From assembly GCA_963774245.1 (NCBI GenBank), contig CAVZDZ010000005.1, positions 343,480 to 407,479 of the forward strand: a DNA stretch of 64,000 nucleotides, given 5' to 3'. The DNA is from an uncultured Acidimicrobiaceae bacterium. GTDB taxonomy: Bacteria > Actinomycetota > Acidimicrobiia > Acidimicrobiales > RAAP-2. The notes below the pieces were generated by a model. It made no database searches, was not told where the DNA came from, and worked only from the letters and a program-made list of their open reading frames with translations. The position numbers and the translations under genes were made by a program. How positions within the stretch are numbered: the first letter of the stretch is position 1; every line of letters begins with the position of its first letter. Below are positions 1-9,934 of the stretch, piece by piece.

Positions 1-734
1 AGCGCGGGACGGGTGGCGAGCGCCCAGGCACCGACGGCGACGGCTGCGAACACGGAGAACAACACGAGCAACAGCAGCACCTCGACGCTGATGAAGAACT
101 CGACCGTCACCAGCAGGCCCAGCCCCGCTCCGACCCAGAGCCGATTGCGCCGTCGACGAACGAACAGCTCGTCGAGGCACCCGATGATGAGGGGGATCGG
201 GGCCAGCAGCCCGAAATTGGGATGGGCGAAGGCCAGACTCACCAGCACGAAGGGCGAGAATCCGAAGAACAGGCCTCCGACGAAGGCGGCCGGCGACCAC
301 GGGACCCATCGCCGCAGCAGCCAGAACATCGACAGCGCCGACAGGGGCGGAGATACCAGGTCGATCAGGTTCAGGGACGCGGTGGGACCGAATAGCCAGG
401 TGACCGGGGCAAAGACGATCCCGAGGCCCAGCGAGTTGGGCGCCATGTTGATGCCGACCGGAGCGAGGAGCTTCGAGGAGTAGAACGGGTTGAGACCGTG
501 GCTCAGGGCGTAGGCCGGCCACTTGATGACCCAGAGGGTCAGCGCGGCGTCTCCGCACCCACAGGTGGTGACGGTGCTCAAGTGGGGCAGCACGTGCCAC
601 CAGAGCACGATCGACGCCAGCAGGTAGATACCGATGGCGACCAGGTACGGGCGTCGAGCCGTAGGGGAGCCGACCGGGGCCGCTCCGGCTCTGACCTCGG
701 CCACCGGTGGTTGGGCCACCGTCGCCTGGCTCAT
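1..734 (-). CDS. Polytopic membrane protein of an uncharacterised 'CGCGD-loop' family, paralogue A (N-terminal ~244 aa only; gene continues past the window start)
   Basis: Absent from the ORF track because it runs off the window. Hand translation of the minus strand from ATG 734..732 gives MSQATVAQPP..RRPYLVAIGIYLLASIVLWWHVLPHLSTVTTCGCGDAALTLWVIKWPAYALSHGLNPFYS..LLRRWVPWSPAAFVGGLFFGFSPF..LDELFVRRRR. This is colinear with the N-termini of the genes at 4470, 6560, 9935 and 13456. Confidence 0.75.
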   Translation of the reverse strand, partial: MSQATVAQPPVAEVRAGAAPVGSPTARRPYLVAIGIYLLASIVLWWHVLPHLSTVTTCGCGDAALTLWVIKWPAYALSHGLNPFYSSKLLAPVGINMAPNSLGLGIVFAPVTWLFGPTASLNLIDLVSPPLSALSMFWLLRRWVPWSPAAFVGGLFFGFSPFVLVSLAFAHPNFGLLAPIPLIIGCLDELFVRRRRNRLWVGAGLGLLVTVEFFISVEVLLLLVLFSVFAAVAVGAWALATRPA

Positions 735-1123
735 CGGATCGGCCCGGTGACGACTGCCAGCCGGGCCTGGCTCACCTTTGGACGATGCAGTGGGGGTGTC
801 ATCGGCGGGAGGTCCATGGCGGGAGCGTTCGGCAAGGCAAACAGGGCTGCCTGGGTGGCGGCGGCAAAGCTTACCCAGCGCCCTGCCGGGTGGAGTGATC
901 GGTGGAGCGGTGTATCCCCTGGCAGTCGCCCTCTGGAGCACAGCACGTGTCTGGCCACGGTTGATGCCAGGGGACCGGCGACGGCGGGAGATCGTCGTGA
1001 TGGCAGTCAGCCGGGACGATACCTGGGCACTGACGGTGGTGTCTCGAACTCGCAGCGAGGCGGACCATCGAGACCGGCCAAGTAGCACGGCCCGGACGGC
1101 GATATGGCACGCTCTTTGGCAGA

Positions 1124-2469
1124 ATGGCCAGGATGCCCGATCAGCGCGAGGACTCGATTCCCACCGAGTTGTCGGCTGCGGCGGTGCAGTCGGCGGCTGA
1201 GGGTGACACCGAACCACCGAAGCGGCCCCCCTTTCGGCTCGGGGATCGCCCAGCGCTGACCGGCATACGGGCCGTCGGCGTCAGCCTGGTGTTGATCTTC
1301 CACTCCAACTTCCAGACCCTCCCGGGGTCGTGGGTGGCGCTGGGCGTGTTCTTCGTGCTCAGCGGATTCCTCATCACCACGATGCTGGCCACGGAGCACC
1401 AGAAGAACGGCCGCATCAGCCTGAGCAAGTTCTACTACCGGCGGGGCGTGCGGCTGCTGCCCCCCTTGTTCCTGACCGTCGCCCTGATTGCCGTGTACGC
1501 CTCGTTCGTCTCGGTGTGGAATGCAGCGGAGCGAATCTGGGAAGAAGCGGCCGCCGCCGTGTTCTACTACGCCGACTACCGGGCGGCCTTCGGCCATGAG
1601 CCGTTCGGCGCCATTCCTCGCCCAGATGCTGGTCACTGGCGGTCGAGGAGCAGTTCTACCTCATCTGGGCGGCGCTGTTGCTGGTCACGCTCAAGTTCGG
1701 CAACCGGAAGCTGGCCTATGCCATGGCCATCACCGGCATCGTGGCGTGCACGGTCAACCGGTACCGCATCGTGTTCGGTGCGGCCCACTGGAACAGCTAT
1801 GTGGCCGGGCGGGTGTACTACGCGTTCGACACCCGGGCTGACGCCCTCTTCCTCGGCTGCCTCCTCGGGTTGATCGCCACCGGGGGGCGCCTCGACGGGT
1901 GGAAACCCTGGGCCAAGCGGACCCTGACCGTGCTGGCGCTCGTCTCGACCGGCGTCATGATCTGGATCATCTGGTCGGTGAGCCTGGCGCCCCGCTCGCT
2001 TCCTCTGTTGTGGCTCCCGGTCAGTGAGGTGGCCTCGGCCCTGATCATCGTGTACTTCGTCGTCCAGCCCCAGGGATGGGGCACCCGGTTGATGGGCATC
2101 CCCGTCCTCGTGTTCTTTGGCAACATGTCCTACACGATCTATCTCATCCACTGGCCGATCTACGTGGCCATCAGCCCCTACACGGTCAAATGGTCGTACT
2201 GGATCATGGATCCGGTGCGATTGGCCATCATCTTCCCGTTGGCCATTGCCAGCTGGTACCTGATGGAGCGGCCCCTGATGAACTTTCGACGCAAGAAGCT
2301 CGATCCGACCAAGCCCATCGCCGAGGCGGTCTCTCCGGTCTCGCCGGCCGAGGAGCTCGGGACGGCGCCCGTATCCCAGACATCGCCCATCCCCTCCCAC
2401 CGCGGTGCCGATTTCCTCGACCCTCGACTAGGGCGAGTGGGACCCGGCCCACCGATTCCCGACTGGTAG
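1124..2469 (+). CDS. Membrane O-acyltransferase, acyltransferase-3 (OafA/YrhL) family; frame interrupted twice near 1613 and 1629 as assembled
   Basis: ORFs 1124..1873 and 1678..2469 are two halves of one protein. Blocks: LTGIRAVGVSLVLIFHS..GVFFVLSGFLITTML; then (ignoring two extra bases) FLAQMWSLAVEEQFYLIWAALL; then FFGNMSYTIYLIHWPIY..SWYLMERPLMNF. These are the conserved acyl_transf_3 blocks. Confidence 0.8.
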
Positions 2470-2638
2470 CGTCAACCATCGTGAGGAAAGTCGGTCCGCC
2501 TACCCGGTCGCCTGCGCATCGGCGACCAGGAGGCGGAGGGTTGGCATCGAGAGCGACCTCGTGCCGGTGACCGCCTCGGCCAGCATGGCCGAATGAGCGA
2601 CTTGGCCCAGGTGGTCGACCCGGACCCGGTCTCGTCCA

Positions 2639-4473
2639 GTGTCCCGGTCGAAGGCGGTGAGGCCGGTCCCGACGGAACCCGGCCGGCGATCGAGCCGCGG
2701 CCTGATCAGCTGGTGGCCGGTGCTGGTCCCGGTGCTCATCGTGGTCATCGGGGCCTGGCTCTACCGCTGGGTGGACGAGGACGCGTTCATCGACTTTCGG
2801 ATGATCGACAATCTGCTGGCCGGACACGGCCTCGTGTACAACCTCGGTGAACGGGTCGAGGTGGACTCGGACCCCTTGTGGATCTTCACGCTGGCCGGGC
2901 TGCACGAGGTGTTTCCTTTCATCGCCCTCGAGTGGTTGTCCGTGCTGCTGGGTCTGGTCTGCACCGCGGGCGGCTTCCTCGCCGGGGGACGTGCCTCGCA
3001 GTCGCTGGGGCGTTCGCGGCACGAGGTCGTCGGTCTTCCCCCTCGGCCTGCTGATGGCGTCGGTGGTCGCCGGCGTCTGGGAGTTCGCCACTTCGGGCCT
3101 CGAGATGTCGATGGTCTTCCTCTGGCTCGGGACCTCCTTCCTCCTGCTGGTGCGCGTCGAACAGCGACGGAGGCGGGCGTGGCCGACGGCGTTGGTCATG
3201 GGTCTCGGGGTCCTCATCCGGCCCGAGCTCATCCTCATGTCGGCGGTGTTCGTCATCGCCCTCCTCGTCGTGGTGTCAGCCCCGGGCTGGTCGCCGGACT
3301 CCGGACGGATCCGTCGCTGCCTCCCTCCGATCGCCGCCGCCATCGCCCTACCGCTCGCCTACCAGGTCTTCCGGATGTGCTACTTCGCGCTGCTGGTCCC
3401 CAACACCGGACTGGCCAAGGCGGGGGTCTCGGCCTGGTGGACCCAGGGCCTCACCTACCTCTGGAACTTCGTGGCCCCGTACACGCTGTGGCTGCCGCTA
3501 CTGCTGGCGGTCCCGTTCGTGGCCCAACGGGTGGCGGCCTGGTGGAGGACCGGCGACCGCCTGGGGGTGGTCGTGCTGGTCACGCCGCTGGTGGCCGGCG
3601 CCGCCGATGTTCTCTATGTGGTGTACATCGGTGGCGACTACATGCACGCCCGATTGCTGCTCCCCGGCTTCTTCGCCATCTGCCTCCCGATCTTCTTCTC
3701 CGCCCGGCAGCTCCGATCGGCCATGGTCGTGCCGTTGGTCGGGATCGCGGTGTGGGGGGTGGTCTGTGTCGGCTGGCTCCGCTTTGTGCCTCCCAAGGTC
3801 ACCAGCCTCAATCCCCAGACGGTGTTCATCTCCAACGAGCGGAACAGCTGGATCAGCGCCACCCACAATGCTCATCCGATCACTGCGGCCGACTACCGGA
3901 CCGCCCTCTCCGGTGAAGCCGGCCGGATCTTTCGTCAGTTGGCCCAGCGGGTCCCCCGGGGCGAGAAAGAACTGCTGATCATTACCAACCCGTACGCCCC
4001 CATCGACACGTCGTCGGTGTCACCGGCGGAATCGTCCCTACCGTTCAAACTGGCCGTGAACGTGCCCGCCATCGGCGTCATCGGCTACATCGCCGGTCCA
4101 CAGGTCTACGTCTTCGATGAGTTCTCCCTGGCCAATCCCGTGGGCAGCCATACCATCGTCACCAAGCACGCCCGCCCGGGGCACGAGAAGTACATCGGGC
4201 CCGGCGTGGATGGTGGCGCGTTTCGGGACGCCCGGCTGGAAGCCGGGCCCGGGAGACCCCTCGGTGGCATCGGTCAACGCCGCCCGATCCGCCATGGACT
4301 GTGAACCGTTGCGGTCCTACCTCCGGGCCATCACCGCCCCCCTGACCGTGTCGCGGGCACTCCACAATTTCGCCCAGTCGTTCCGCTACACGACCATGTC
4401 GTTCAGCGCCATTCCGAGTGTGGCGGCAACACAGCTGTGCGGGACCTCGTCCAGCGCGGCGACCCGACCGTGA
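2639..4473 (+). CDS. GT-C fold membrane glycosyltransferase resembling AftB-like arabinofuranosyltransferases; two +1 frame changes (~3010, ~4198) as assembled
   Basis: N-terminus WVDEDAFIDFRMIDNLLAGHGLVYNLGERVEVDSDPLW (ORF 2639..3916). Body LIRPELILMS..YQVFRMCYFALLVPNTGLAKAG (ORF 2847..4304). Tail PAWMVARFG..CEPLRSYLRAI (ORF 4117..4473). The N-terminal block and the 'LLPNT..AK' block match what I remember from proteins annotated as arabinofuranosyltransferase (memory, not a search). Stop TGA 4471..4473 overlaps GTG 4470 of the next gene. Confidence 0.6.
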
Positions 4474-6416
4474 CCGAGGTCCGTACCGCCGTCGACGGTG
4501 CGGTCGAAGATCCGCTCCGACCGGCCGGGGAGCGCCGGTGGCCATCGTCATGGCGTACGGCCGGCCCGGCCTTCGTTGTCTATCTCGTGGTCTCCATCGT
4601 CCTGTGGTGGGGCGTCTGGTCGACCCATCCGTCCACCACCACGACCTGTGGCTGTGGCGACGCCGCCCGGTTCATCTGGTTCTTCAAGTGGCCTGCCTAC
4701 GCCCTCACCCACGGGCACAGCCCCTTCTACTCGCCGCTGCTGTTCCATCCGACCGGCATCAACCTGCTCAACGACACCAGCGTCCTGGCCCTCGGGGTGG
4801 TCCTCGCCCCGGTGACCTGGGTGGCGGGACCGGTGGCGGCGATGAACGTCGCCCTCACCCTGGCGCCGGTGCTCTCCGCCCTGGCCATGTTCGCGCTTCT
4901 CCGTCGGTGGGTGGTGTGGGCACCGGCCGCATTCATCGGCGGCCTGGCCTACGGGTTCTCTCCGTTCCTCATCACCGAGTTGGCGCTCAACCAGTTGAAC
5001 ATCGCCTTTCTGGTCATCCCGCCGCTGGTGGTGATGGCGCTCGACGAATTGCTGGTCCGGCAGCGCAGATCGCCCTACCCCACGGGAGTGGCGCTCGCCG
5101 TACTGTTGGTGGTGCAGTTCTTCGTGAGCACCGAAGTGCTGGTGATCACCTGCCTGTTCGCCGTGGTGGCGGTGGTGCTGATGGTCGGGTTCGTCGGCCT
5201 GCGCCAGCCCGGTGAGATCGGTCCCCGGACCGGTCACGCCCTGCGCGGCTCGGCTACCGCGGTCGGGGTCACGGCAGTGGTGCTGGCCTATCCGCTGTGG
5301 TTCCTGCTCCGCGGTCCAGCCCATCTGACCGGGCCGATCTGGTCGAACGGCACGCTCGTCCAGTTCGGCAACACCTTCACCAGCTTCTGGCGGACCGGGG
5401 GACTCCAGCAGATCCAGAGCGTTTCACTCCGATTCGGCGGCTATCAGGGCCCCACGCTTCCCGTCCTCGGCTACCTCGGACCCGGACTGATCGTGGTGGC
5501 CGTGGTGGGCGTGCTGGTGTGGCGTCACGATCGCCGGCTGCTGCTGTTCGGGGCTCTCGGGGTCGTGGCCGCCGTGCTGTCGCTCGGACCGGGGCACGGC
5601 TACTGGGTGCCGTGGCAACTCGTCGAGAAGCTCCCGTGGGTGGGCGACATCGTCGAGGTCCGCCTGACCGTGGTCCTCATCCTCTGCTCGAGCATCCTGG
5701 TGGCGGTGACCATCGACCGGTTCCGGATCTGGCTCCAGCGTCGGCCGACCAAGTTCCCGCTGGGCCCGGGGTGGGTGGCTGCCGCATTGGCCGTGGTCAT
5801 GCTGATCCCGAGCGCCATCGCCGTCTGGCCGAACGTCCCGCTCGCCACCCGGGCGGTCGAGCTCCCGACCTGGTACGCCGAGGTCGGGGCGACGCTGCCC
5901 CCGGGTCAGGTCCTGCTCTCGTACCCGGTGCCTTTTTCCGGTCTGCAGAGCTCCCAGGCCTGGCAGGCGCTGAACGGTATGCGGTACGCCCAGGCGGGCG
6001 GGGGAGGCCCCGAAGGCCAGGCCGGACGGGCCGGGGAGGCGCGGCCCGGCTTCGACGTGCTGTTCGCCGCATCGTTCGCCGTCGGCCCGCCGCCCGGCCC
6101 GACCCCTTCGAACCTGGCCGCCATTCGCCGCGCCCTCACCATCTGGGGGGTCACCACCATCGTGGTCCCGGATCAGGCGACGTTGCCGATCTACGAGCAG
6201 GGCCGCAGCACGGCCTATGCGGTGGGCCTGCTCACTGCGACCATGGGACGGCGGCCTGCCTATAGTCATTCGGCCTGGGTCTGGTCGGACGCCGCCCTCC
6301 GGGGAGCGCCCGTCGTTATGTCCCCGGAGGCCTTCAGGCACTGCCTCGCCGGCCCGCCGGCGTCCGGATCGGCTCCCCAGGCGATTCCCACCTGCATATT
6401 GGCCTCGGCGCGCTGA
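4470..6416 (+). CDS. 'CGCGD-loop' polytopic membrane protein, paralogue B (GT-C-like architecture; function unknown)
   Basis: Intact ORF (track 4437..6416). I prefer GTG 4470, which forms a GTGA overlap with the upstream stop. Motifs: LVVSIVLWWGVWSTHPSTTTTCGCGDAARFIWFFKWPAYALTHGHSPFYS, LLRRWVVWAPAAFIGGLAYGFSPF, LDELLVRQRRSP. At least 10 hydrophobic segments. C-terminal non-membrane domain with WGVTTIVVPDQATLPIYEQ. Confidence 0.8.
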   Translation: MTEVRTAVDGAVEDPLRPAGERRWPSSWRTAGPAFVVYLVVSIVLWWGVWSTHPSTTTTCGCGDAARFIWFFKWPAYALTHGHSPFYSPLLFHPTGINLLNDTSVLALGVVLAPVTWVAGPVAAMNVALTLAPVLSALAMFALLRRWVVWAPAAFIGGLAYGFSPFLITELALNQLNIAFLVIPPLVVMALDELLVRQRRSPYPTGVALAVLLVVQFFVSTEVLVITCLFAVVAVVLMVGFVGLRQPGEIGPRTGHALRGSATAVGVTAVVLAYPLWFLLRGPAHLTGPIWSNGTLVQFGNTFTSFWRTGGLQQIQSVSLRFGGYQGPTLPVLGYLGPGLIVVAVVGVLVWRHDRRLLLFGALGVVAAVLSLGPGHGYWVPWQLVEKLPWVGDIVEVRLTVVLILCSSILVAVTIDRFRIWLQRRPTKFPLGPGWVAAALAVVMLIPSAIAVWPNVPLATRAVELPTWYAEVGATLPPGQVLLSYPVPFSGLQSSQAWQALNGMRYAQAGGGGPEGQAGRAGEARPGFDVLFAASFAVGPPPGPTPSNLAAIRRALTIWGVTTIVVPDQATLPIYEQGRSTAYAVGLLTATMGRRPAYSHSAWVWSDAALRGAPVVMSPEAFRHCLAGPPASGSAPQAIPTCILASAR

Positions 6417-6559
6417 GCGATCTTCCCTGGCTGTGGATGGACGGCGGGCCCGTTGCCGCCTAACATGCCCACCGGGGTTTTGCGGGCTTCACCGGGGGGC
6501 AGGTCGATTGACGTGATGGCGGCAGAGCGGTCGGATTTCGAGACGCCGGCACTTGCGGT

Positions 6560-8665
6560 GTGGCAGATCTGGTCGGACGTTCGCGCCAGTTTCCGGATCT
6601 CATCGGCCAAACGGATGATGACATCGTGACGACGACCGATCGCCTTCCACCCGTACCCCCGTCACCCGATGCCCTGACCGAGGGCAACCAACAGCCGCGT
6701 CCTGATCCCACGGATTCCGCCGGCCCCCCCGGACGCCATCGGATCCGGCCCGTGCTCATCAGTGGCGGTCTGTACCTGGTGTTGTCGGTCCTCGTGTGGT
6801 GGAACGTGTGGTCCAGTCATCCGACCTCGACCACCACCTGTGGATGCGGTGACAGCTCGCTGTTCACCTGGTTCCTCGAGTGGCCGGCCTACGCCATGAC
6901 CCATGGGCTCAATCCCCTCTTCTCCACGGCGATGATCTATCCGAGGGGCGTCAATCTGTTGGCCAATACGGCCGAGGTCGGATTCGGCGTCGTCCTGGCT
7001 CCGATCACCTGGATCTTCGGGCCGGTGGCCACGCTCAATGTCGCGCTCACGCTCAGTCCCGCGCTCTCTGCCCTGGCCATGTTCGTCCTGCTTCGCCGAT
7101 GGGTGACCTGGCAGCCGGCCGCGTTCTTCGGTGGTCTGCTCTACGGTTTCTCTCCGTTCTTCCTCTCTTACCTCACTGACGCCCACCTCATGATCGGGGC
7201 CGCGTTCGTTCCTCCATTGATCGTCGCCTGCCTCGATGAGCTGATGGTGAGGCAACGTCGCCGCCCGATCGCCACCGGTGTGGTGCTCGGTCTCCTGGTG
7301 GTCGTCCAGTTCTTCATTGGGACCGAAGTGTTGGCCATCGTGATCGTCGCGGCGGTCATTGCCACCGCCCTGCTGGTGATCTATGCCGGGCTGCGCCATT
7401 TCGATGTGCTCCGCACCCATGTCCGCCCGGCAGTCGTCGGCCTGTGTTCCGCCGGCGTGACGGCCGGGGTCCTGCTGGCCTATCCAATCTGGTTCGCCTT
7501 CGCCGGCCCGGCCCATCTGTCCGGAAACCTCTGGGATAACCCGTTCCTGAGCTACGGCGGGCCTAATGTGTCGGCCTATTTTGTCCCGGAGGCCCCCTCG
7601 GGTGCTGCGCTCGCCACCAGCCTGCGATGGGGCGGGTATCAGGGCCTGACGCTGTCCCAGCAGTACTTCGGCTTCGGCATGGCCGCAGTACTCGTCCTCG
7701 GATGCATCGTGTGGCGTAAAGATCGCCGCCTCTGGCTGTTCGGCGCGGTCGGCCTGAGCGGCGTGCTCCTCGCCTTCGGGCTGGGAATCAAGGGTTGGTC
7801 GGCCTGGCGACTGTTCGTCAGGTTCCCGACGATGGAGAACATCATCCCCGGCCGGTTCCTGCTGGTCGTCTATCTGGCCGTCGCCACCATGCTGGCCATC
7901 ATCCTCGACCATGCCTATGGCGGCGTCCGTGACTGGTGGCAGGCAACCTCGAGTGCCGGTCCGCACGACGTACCGGGCATCGCCGGCGGTGGTGCCCGGA
8001 GGGTGGCGGCAGCGGTGGGAGTACTGCTCGCGGTCATCGCCCTGGGTCCGATCGCCGCCTACCTCTCGCGGGGCCTGCCCATCACCACCACTCCCGTGGT
8101 CCTTCCTCCCTGGTTCCGGACCGTCGCTCCCACCCTCACCGGCGATCCTGTGATCCTGGCCTTTCCTGCTCCCTTCAGACTGGCCGAGACCACGTTGACC
8201 TGGCAGGCGGTCAGCGGGATGCACTACTCCATCGTGGGTGGCGCAGGGCCGAGCTCCATACCGCAGCGGGCCGGCAAGGAGAAGGTCGCTCAACACCTCA
8301 TTGGCGACTACTCCATCTCCTCGAGCCGCTCGAGCCCGGACTTGAAGCAGGTCGCCGAGGTCAGGTCTGCCCTGGACGAGTGGGGGGTGACCACGATCGT
8401 CATTCCCGATCCGACCCATCTTCCGCTGTATGAACAGGTGTCCCACGTGAGGTCGCTCGTGGTCCTGCTGACCGCGGCCACGGGCCAACGGCCAGAGTGG
8501 CAGGCGGATGCCTGGGTGTGGCACGACGTCGCCCACGCCGGACCACCGGTGCTGTCATCGGCCTCCGCACTGAAGCAGTGCACCATCGGGCCGGCCATCG
8601 GCAGCCCAGCCGACATCGATCAAGCCGGTGCGTGCGTGCTGGCGACCCGATCGGCAGGGCGGTGA
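6560..8665 (+). CDS. 'CGCGD-loop' polytopic membrane protein, paralogue C
   Basis: Intact 701-aa ORF. Motifs: LVLSVLVWWNVWSSHPTSTTTCGCGDSSLFTWFLEWPAYAMTHGLNPLFS, GVNLLANT, LLRRWVTWQPAAFFGGLLYGFSPF, LDELMVRQRRRP. C-terminal WGVTTIVIPDPTHLPLYEQ. Start codon not certain. Confidence 0.8.
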   Translation: MADLVGRSRQFPDLIGQTDDDIVTTTDRLPPVPPSPDALTEGNQQPRPDPTDSAGPPGRHRIRPVLISGGLYLVLSVLVWWNVWSSHPTSTTTCGCGDSSLFTWFLEWPAYAMTHGLNPLFSTAMIYPRGVNLLANTAEVGFGVVLAPITWIFGPVATLNVALTLSPALSALAMFVLLRRWVTWQPAAFFGGLLYGFSPFFLSYLTDAHLMIGAAFVPPLIVACLDELMVRQRRRPIATGVVLGLLVVVQFFIGTEVLAIVIVAAVIATALLVIYAGLRHFDVLRTHVRPAVVGLCSAGVTAGVLLAYPIWFAFAGPAHLSGNLWDNPFLSYGGPNVSAYFVPEAPSGAALATSLRWGGYQGLTLSQQYFGFGMAAVLVLGCIVWRKDRRLWLFGAVGLSGVLLAFGLGIKGWSAWRLFVRFPTMENIIPGRFLLVVYLAVATMLAIILDHAYGGVRDWWQATSSAGPHDVPGIAGGGARRVAAAVGVLLAVIALGPIAAYLSRGLPITTTPVVLPPWFRTVAPTLTGDPVILAFPAPFRLAETTLTWQAVSGMHYSIVGGAGPSSIPQRAGKEKVAQHLIGDYSISSSRSSPDLKQVAEVRSALDEWGVTTIVIPDPTHLPLYEQVSHVRSLVVLLTAATGQRPEWQADAWVWHDVAHAGPPVLSSASALKQCTIGPAIGSPADIDQAGACVLATRSAGR

Positions 8666-8729
8666 ACGCTCGACATGCAAGGACTGGCGACTCATGCACA
8701 TTCGTTGATCGACACGAGCAAAATGGTGG

Positions 8730-9461
8730 TTGCAGATGAGAAATGACGATATCGAGAGATTGATGCATGCGCCTGAGCGCTTGGAAATCTGGACCGAGTT
8801 CTTGCAAACGCATCACATACATACCGTTGCGGAACTAGGGGTTGCCCGAGGCATGTTCGCCCAGGGATTGCTCAGAAGCTGTCCAGAAATCGAAAGGTAC
8901 TACCTCATTGACCCATGGACGCATCTGGAGGATTGGAACATGCCGAGCAACAAGGACAACCTCGCCTTCGAAGAGTTCTTCGAAGAGGCCATGGATCGCA
9001 CCGAGCGGTGGAAGTCGGCGCGGGTTGTCCTCCGCGGACGGACTACTGAGGTCATCGACTCGATCCCGGACGACTCGTTGGACTTTGCCTATGTCGACGG
9101 GGACCATACCCTTCGAGGAGTGACCATCGACCTCCTCCGAGTGTGGCCCAAAGTCAAGGCCGGCGGATTTGTCGCTGGTGATGACTTCTGTCCTTCGATA
9201 CAGCACCGTGGGACTTTCGAACCGACCCTGGTCTTTCCACTTGCCGTGTACTTCGCCGAGGCGATGGATGTTCCCATCACTGCTCTAGAACATGATCAAT
9301 TCTTGATCGAGAAGTCGGGGAGCGGCTTCAGTTTTGCGGACCAGACGGGTCTCTACGCAGATCTGACGGTCGGAGGCACCCTTCGTGCTGGGTCTTCCAA
9401 CAAGGGGCTTCGACTGAATGAGCGCCTTCGAAAGCGCCCCAGAGCCGAGGCACACAGTTAG
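8730..9461 (+). CDS. Class I SAM-dependent methyltransferase (Methyltransf_24 / TylF-like O-methyltransferase type)
   Basis: Intact 243-aa ORF. Motifs: TVAELGVARGMFAQ (SAM-binding loop region), LDFAYVDGDHTLRGVTIDL, KAGGFVAGDDF. Visibly lower G+C than its neighbours. ATG 8736 is an alternative start. Confidence 0.7.
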   Translation: MQMRNDDIERLMHAPERLEIWTEFLQTHHIHTVAELGVARGMFAQGLLRSCPEIERYYLIDPWTHLEDWNMPSNKDNLAFEEFFEEAMDRTERWKSARVVLRGRTTEVIDSIPDDSLDFAYVDGDHTLRGVTIDLLRVWPKVKAGGFVAGDDFCPSIQHRGTFEPTLVFPLAVYFAEAMDVPITALEHDQFLIEKSGSGFSFADQTGLYADLTVGGTLRAGSSNKGLRLNERLRKRPRAEAHS

Positions 9462-9525
9462 TCGAACGGCAGCTGTGCGGGCCTCGTCCTTCGACATCGA
9501 GGGCTGCGTTCGGTGACTCGGCGGA

Positions 9526-9883
9526 TCAGCGGGTCACTTGCCGGAGCTCACCGGCTTGGGCTCCTTCGGGAGCCCAAGCACCCGTTCGCCGACGATGCTG
9601 CGCTGAATCTCCACCGTCCCTCCCCAGATGGTCTCCGACCGCGAGAAAGAGGGATGCATGCAGGTCGCTGACCGGATAGTCATCCCGTCCCCGACGCAGG
9701 CGGACGTCCACCGAGTCGTCGTAGGTGCCGGTCAGGATCTGCCCCTCCATGCCCAGGATGTCGATGGCGAGCTCCATCACGTCCTGGTGGTACTCCGACC
9801 AGAACATCTTGGTGCAGGCCCCGAGGGCGGTCATGTGGTGGGTGCCGTTGAGGACATCGGTGGGAGATCGATAGCCGTTGATC
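9526..9883 (-). pseudogene. Relic 3' fragment of an acyl-CoA dehydrogenase gene (copy of the 3' end of the gene at 12011..13249)
   Basis: ORF 9526..9918 reads ..[74 protein letters not shown], then goes out of frame. Region 9551..9883 aligns base-for-base with 12031..12365, with roughly 20 mismatches and a 2-nt gap at ~9650. There is no 5' two-thirds of the gene. Confidence 0.85.
9551..9883. repeat. Copy 1 of a ~335-bp direct repeat (acyl-CoA dehydrogenase 3' end)
   Basis: Aligned by hand to 12031..12365. Offset is 2480 nt up to ~9650, then 2482 nt. Similarity stops abruptly at 9883/12365. Confidence 0.85.
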
Positions 9884-9934
9884 ACCGGGGCCGCCCCCGG
9901 GACCGGGGAGATCGCCATACCGTACGATCGTCGG

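Noticed and set aside
6662-8536. 624-aa minus-strand ORF antisense to paralogue C. Similar cases: 9680..11206 (508 aa, antisense to D), 4548..5324 and 5424..6341 (antisense to B).
   Set aside because: The translations are Arg/Gly/Pro/His/Asp-rich and low-complexity, with no motifs. They mirror the codon phase of well-supported genes on the other strand. These are the shadow ORFs expected in high-G+C DNA, where stop codons are rare.
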